A stretch of 45,517 nt of DNA from Prasinococcaceae sp. CCMP 1430 (lineage: Eukaryota > Plantae > Prasinodermophyta). The translations under genes were made by a program, and so were the position numbers. A model generated the notes under the pieces. That model did not search any database, was not told where the DNA came from, and saw only the letters and a list, made by a program, of their open reading frames with translations. Positions 40,129 through 45,517 of the stretch are shown in pieces; position 1 is the stretch's first letter, and the number at the start of each line of letters is the position of its first letter. The stretch is taken from NCBI GenBank assembly GCA_013416795.1, contig RQSC01000602.1, forward strand, positions 77,224 to 122,740, written 5' to 3'.

Positions 40129-41771
40129 CTAAGCCTCTTCATACACCTTCGCCGCCTCCTTGCTCTTGAGCTCGGGCAGCGTCCACTTGTCCTGGGGTTC
40201 CTCGTCCTCGTCCTCCGCCGGCTTGCGCCGCCCAGCAGCCTCGAGCCTGGCAATAAATGGATCCACCTCCTCGGCCTCGGGCGCGGCCGCCGCTGACACT
40301 GGGGCGGGAGCCGCGGCGACTGCCGGCTCGGGAGCCGCGGCGACTGCTGGCTCGGGGGCTGCGGCCTCCGCCGGCTGGCGCCGTCCAGCAGCCTCGAGCC
40401 TGGCAATGAATGGATCCGCTTCCTCGGTAGCCACGGCGACAACCGGCTTCAGGGCTGCCGCTGGCACCGGCGTGGGAGCTGCGACTGCCGGCTCCGGGGC
40501 TTTGACTTCCGCTGGCTCGAGTGCAACCTCCTCCCGGAGGCGGGATGCGACTGCCACTGGCTTCGGAGCTTGCGTGGGACTGCTGGTGCCGGTGGTCGCA
40601 CGGCGCTTTGCCATAATGCTGGTGTGGGTGTAGGCAGCAGCGGTCGCGACCGCCAGGCCCGTGGCGAATGCAGCAGTCATTGGCGCGCCGGTGGTGGCCT
40701 TCACAGGGACGACGGCGGATCCGCTGACGGCAGTGGAGCCACTGACCGCAAAGGAACCCTTTGCGGGCAGCACGATCGTCTCACCTGCGAACACCCTGCA
40801 ATCGCGGGCAGGCCCGCGCGCGTGTCACGTGCGCGCGTGCGCGCGTGCATCAGACAGCGCCCAGAGCGCCAGCCACGAGCAGGTTGACGTGGCACATGTC
40901 AGTCACGAGCTCATGTGGAGGAGTTGGGAACGGAGGCACCACATCAATGGCACGCACTCGCGCGCGCAGCGATGGCGATCCGCGGGGTGCAACGCACTTC
41001 TCGGGGTTCTCAATCTGTGGGTTGGCCTTCAGGATGGCCGAGATGGGCAGGTCCGCCTCGGCAGCCACATCGTAAATGCTGCCGCCACGCGGAATGACCA
41101 TCCTGAATATCAACGACCGGCAAGGGTCGAGTGAGGGGAGGGAGGCGCGCGGCGCATGCATGGCGTGTGGGCGTCAGCGGGCAAATCGGCCAACCCCGGC
41201 CGCGTCACGTCGTGCCACCACGCAAGGGCTCCGTGGGCGTGCCGTCAAGCAAGGCCCGAGTCCTCGGAAGCGAAGCGCGGCTGCGCACCTCACAGGGCCC
41301 GTGGTCTCAGCGCCCTCGGCAGGCACGAGCAGGTCCGCGCCATCGATGCGGTTGCCGCCGAGCCCGCGCTGAGCCTTCTTCATCGCCTTCTTGCCGTTCA
41401 TCTCACGCAGCGCGGCCACCTGCGTTGCGCGGCCGCGGGAGGTTTGCATGCGAATGTGCGAGTCGGGCAGCGCAGGCGCTGACGTCAGGAGCTGCTCAGC
41501 GCGCCTTCTCCGACCAACAACTGGCGCAGCGCGTGCGCTGATCCGTTCGCCGGGTCGCGCGCACGCACCGTCGTGCCGTGCATCGCGGCGAACTCGTCGA
41601 GCGTCGTGTTCATGGGCGCGGTCACGCGCACCCACGTGCTATCGGCCGGCCCCGCGGGCGCTGCCGGTCCGGCGTCCTCGACGGCGGCGGCCTGAGCATC
41701 ACCCGCGCCCGTCACGTACGACCACCACCTGCCAGCGGCGGCGCGTGGGGGCGCACGGGCGGCTGCGCGGC
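40129..41771 (-). CDS. LysM-domain protein (one clear and one degenerate LysM), a hydrophobic segment and a Pro/Ala-rich tail; exons >41771-41569, 41419-41289, 41102-40998, 40795-40129
   Basis: Spliced VIPRGGSIYDVAAEADLPISAILKANPQIENPEKVFAGETIVLP fits LysM. The upstream NTTLDEFAAMHGTTVAALREMNG...DLLVP is LysM-like. All introns are GT-AG and in frame. Confidence 0.7.
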
Positions 41772-42255
41772 NNNNNNNNNNNNNNNNNNNNNNNNNNNNN
41801 NNNNNNNNNNNNNNNNNNNNNNNNNNNNNNNNNNNNNNNNNNNNNNNNNNNNNNNNNNNNNNNNNNNNNNNNNNNNNNNNNNNNNNNNNNNNNNNNNNNN
41901 NNNNNNNNNNNNNNNNNNNNNNNNNNNNNNNNNNNNNNNNNNNNNNNNNNNNNNNNNNNNNNNNNNNNNNNNNNNNNNNNNNNNNNNNNNNNNNNNNNNN
42001 NNNNNNNNNNNNNNNNNNNNNNNNNNNNNNNNNNNNNNNNNNNNNNNNNNNNNNNNNNNNNNNNNNNNNNNNNNNNNNNNNNNNNNNNNNNNNNNNNNNN
42101 NNNNNNNNNNNNNNNNNNNNNNNNNNNNNNNNNNNNNNNNNNNNNNNNNNNNNNNNNNNNNNNNNNNNNNNNNNNNNNNNNNNNNNNNNNNNNNNNNNNN
42201 NNNNNNNNNNNNNNNNNNNNNNNNNNNNNNNNNNNNNNNNNNNNNNNNNNNNNNN
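41772..42255. other. Assembly gap (N run)
   Basis: N run, bounded on the right by a long (GC)n tract. Confidence 0.99.
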
Positions 42256-42770
42256 GCGCGCGCGCGCGCGCGCGCGCGCGCGGCCACCGCGCGCCGTGGG
42301 CCACACGCGTGACGAATGCACCCTCCCGAACCATCGTTCCCCGACCGGTGTGCTGACGGTCCACGTTCCCCCTGCCGGTGTGTGCTGACGGCCCACGTTC
42401 CCCCAGGGCCCGGCGAGGGCATCCAAACGCCAGCGCCACGCGACGCCACGCCAGGGCTACGGCGGAGCAACCATCAGTTTCGCATGCTGCGGCCCCAGAG
42501 TACAGCAGATTGGGCGCTCGTGGACGCGTTTTGTCGTTTGGGGGGGTCATTTGAGCCAAATTTCGTCCCCAGATCTTCGGCTGGGACGAAACGTCTGAGT
42601 GTGCGGGCAACGCGATCCCACCGCGCGAGCGAGCACCCGCGTGCGGGCACCTCGCGAGCGCGCGCGCGGCGCGCGCGCGCGCTAGAGAGAGAGAGAGAGA
42701 GAGAAGAAGGACCAGCGCGCGCGGGGTGGCACAGCGCACACCGCACGCAGCGCGTACGACCCCGCACACC

Positions 42771-44663
42771 ATGGGACGCCCCGACACGAACGGCAACGGC
42801 AACGGCAACGCCATGGCCAGGTATGCGTCCGCCGGCGCGCGGCAGTGCTGCGCGCGCAGGCTCGCGCACGCACGCCAGCTTGCGCGCGCTCGCGCGCGAT
42901 TCTGGATCGGACGACTCGTGGTTCGCGCGCGCGCGCGCGCGCGCGCGCGGGGGGCGCGGTCCGCTCCCTATGGGGGCACGCACAGGCATGGCTCGGCGGG
43001 GCGGGACGCGCAGCCGATGCCGAGCACGCACACGCTTGCCCCGACCGTCGACACGCGCCCCCTCGCCCACGACCGCCGCGCGCGGAGCGCGGCTGGAACG
43101 CGCCCTTCGCGCCCAACAGGGGCCCGCACCTACCTCTGCGATGTTGCGCATGACTCATGGTCGATTCTTGCCCGTGCGCTTGCACGCTCGCACCCGCACG
43201 CGCTTGCAGCATACCATCGCCGCAGCTACGTACGCACGTCGGCGCTGACACACCGCTTCCGTCCCCTCTCCCCTCTCCCCCTCCGTCTCCACCTCACCGC
43301 AACCCGACTTTGTACGCACTTCAATTGATGCGTGCACCTCGGCAGCCCGCAGGAAATCAACGTGATCATGCCGCCGGAGAACAAGAAGGGCTCCATCACC
43401 GGCATTATCACCGCCGTGCTCTCCCTGCTCACCCTGCTTGTTACCATCATCCTGGTCGTCCTGACTCTTGGCGCCAGCAGCGACACGACGGAGCCGCAGG
43501 AGATCGATCTCCAGGTGACCACGGCCAAAGAGAGGCTGATCGTTAGCGCGATGGGCGTCCCCCTCAGCACCGAGCCGGGCGGCGCTTTCAGCCAGAACAA
43601 CCCCTGCGAGGGTGCGAAGCCGATCCACGCCGACCCCGTCGCGGAGGACGAGTACTTCAAGAACACCCCATGCAAGGACGAATTCACGAGCGTCCTCAAT
43701 GTGCTCGAGCAGGCCGGCGCCAACGTCACCAAGGGCTACAGGGGCGAGATCGAGGCGCTGGAAGGTAACCGCATCCCCATCACCGAGCCGTACTGGAAGG
43801 AGGGTCTGTGCCCCGTCAACGTGCACTGGCACCTGGGCGCCGAGCATCTCTCGGTGGGCGAGTACGACGAGGATGGCAAGGGCCCCTCGTACGATGTCCA
43901 CCGCAAGATGCTTGCCTACGCGGACACTCGTCAGGGCTTCCAGTGCCACCACTACGACAGCAGCGACGCGAAGTTCACGGTGAGTCTCGGGGCTCGCGCG
44001 CGCACGACATCGCGCGACGTGTGCGACATGCGCGCGCGCGCGCGCGCGCGCGCGAAGAGGAAGAAGTAGTGCGAAAAGAAGAAGCAACGCACTGCGCGCA
44101 ACGGCTGCTGACGTGCGCTCGCGCGTTCAACACACCCTCAGACTGAGTACGACTGGAAGCACTGCGTCGGCATGGAGGTCGGCCAGACCTACGAGGTGCA
44201 CTGGCCGCACTCAGCCGCCGGCGCGTGCGGCACGGTCGACCAGTACCAGACTCCCTTCTACGACGGCGTCTTCTGCACTCCCGGCGTCATCTCTCTGTCC
44301 CCTCTCAACACCTTCAAGAAGATCGGCGTGCAGTCGCAGGTGTACACCATCGTCAACGACGAGACTTACTACTACCCCGACCTGATGCGCGGCATGATCG
44401 TGCAGGGCGACTACGGCAAGGACATCGCCAAGTACACCGGTTCCACCACCGGCACGTCCCGTGACAACGAGATTTGCTCGAGGTACACGCCCATCACCTG
44501 GCAGGTCGACCGCGAGTGCCACCTCATCTCGGCGTCGTCGTTCGACAAGTTGTGCGCGGACATGAAGGCGCAGCGCGACGACATGTCGAGCGACTTGCAC
44601 GCCCACGGCTCGCGCGAGCTCGTCGCCGACCACCTCGCCGCCAACAACCAGATGGACAAGTGA
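42771..44663 (+). CDS. Delta-class carbonic anhydrase with N-terminal membrane anchor; exons 42771-42820 (tentative), 43346-43979, 44142-44663
   Basis: CPVNVHWHLGAEH, EVHWPHSAAGACG, YQTPFYDGVFC, GSTTGTSRDNEICS and ITWQVDR.CH.ISASSFDKLC are TWCA1-family motifs. The intron 43980-44141 is in frame. Confidence 0.93.
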
Positions 44664-45171
44664 GCGACTCAGCTGGGATCGACGCGCGGCAGCCGCCTGA
44701 AGAGAACTGCCTACAATCGATCACTCGTCGCACTGCGCCCCCGCCGATCCCGCAGGCACATTTTGTTTTGTTGTCGCCCGCGAGGCTCGCCATTCGAAAA
44801 TGCGGTAAAACGGCTCTGTCATCGGCGCCCCCCCCCTCCCCCCCCTCTCACGCCGCGCATGTCGCGAGCGGGACAACAGACAGACACCGCCACGCGACCC
44901 ACATCGCACGCGCTGACGAAGGCCTTCGTCGCGGCCCATTCGCGTGCACGGGTGCCGACGCGCGCGCGCACGCGCGTCGATCGGTCGGTCGGTCCGGTGA
45001 AGGTGATGGGAGGCCAGCGGGCGGGCGCGAGTGCGCAGTGCGATGTGATCACATGCGACCCCGTGTGAACGCGCCCGTGGGTGTGTATGACATGATTTTG
45101 TATATAATTATGAGAGGTCGCCGCGACGGCGCGCCACGGCGCGCGCGCCACACCGCGCGCGCGCCTGGCGG

Positions 45172-45290
45172 NNNNNNNNNNNNNNNNNNNNNNNNNNNNN
45201 NNNNNNNNNNNNNNNNNNNNNNNNNNNNNNNNNNNNNNNNNNNNNNNNNNNNNNNNNNNNNNNNNNNNNNNNNNNNNNNNNNNNNNNNNN
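45172..45290. other. Assembly gap (N run)
   Basis: N run flanked by GC-rich sequence. Confidence 0.99.
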
Positions 45291-45517
45291 CGGCCGCGGC
45301 GGAGGGCGCCGCGGTCCCGCCGCTCGCCGCCGGCGCCGGCGACAGCCCGGTCAGGGAGAGCGAGCGCCTGCGCGAGGAATTTGAGGCCGTCAAGCGCGAG
45401 GTAGACGCCGTCAAGAGCGCCATTGCCGACGTGCTCGACGAGGACGAGGAGGGCGAGCGCGAGCCGCAGGCGCGGGATGCGCCGGGCGCGGCGGGCGCGC
45501 GCGATGCCGGACTGCTG
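45291..45517 (+). CDS. Partial coiled-coil protein fragment between the gap and the window end
   Basis: Open frame ...ESERLREEFEAVKREVDAVKSAIADVLDEDEEG... with host-like codon usage. Confidence 0.45.

Overview
Very GC-rich, gene-dense eukaryotic DNA with short GT-AG introns that often carry (CG)n tracts. A plant-type cryptochrome fragment, a CASTOR/POLLUX-like channel and a delta-class carbonic anhydrase suggest a green alga of prasinophyte grade; this is inference only. Host genes in order: CREG-like, tandem-domain HisB/IGPD, TPR protein, SMC3, RFC3, TPT-family transporter, AzgA-type permease, an unknown ORF, class-3 lipase, CDF zinc transporter, CASTOR/POLLUX-like channel, Cof-type HAD, sulfotransferase-like protein, LysM protein and delta-CA. 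A ~9.4 kb retroelement island (~15.5-25.0 kb) holds scrambled Ty1/copia pieces in both orientations, a long open CRE-like non-LTR ORF (RT plus restriction-like endonuclease), tandem repeats and a decayed cryptochrome copy with its 5' half inverted. Best leads: (1) a J-domain-like HPD module inserted inside the CRE-like RT; (2) a CASTOR/POLLUX-like channel with a C-terminal cyclic-nucleotide-binding-like domain and a non-canonical filter; (3) the 5'-inverted cryptochrome copy; (4) a two-domain IGPD whose metal ligands are split between the domains. All family calls come from motif recognition by eye, with no database searches. Exon boundaries are manual. N-gaps hide some gene starts.
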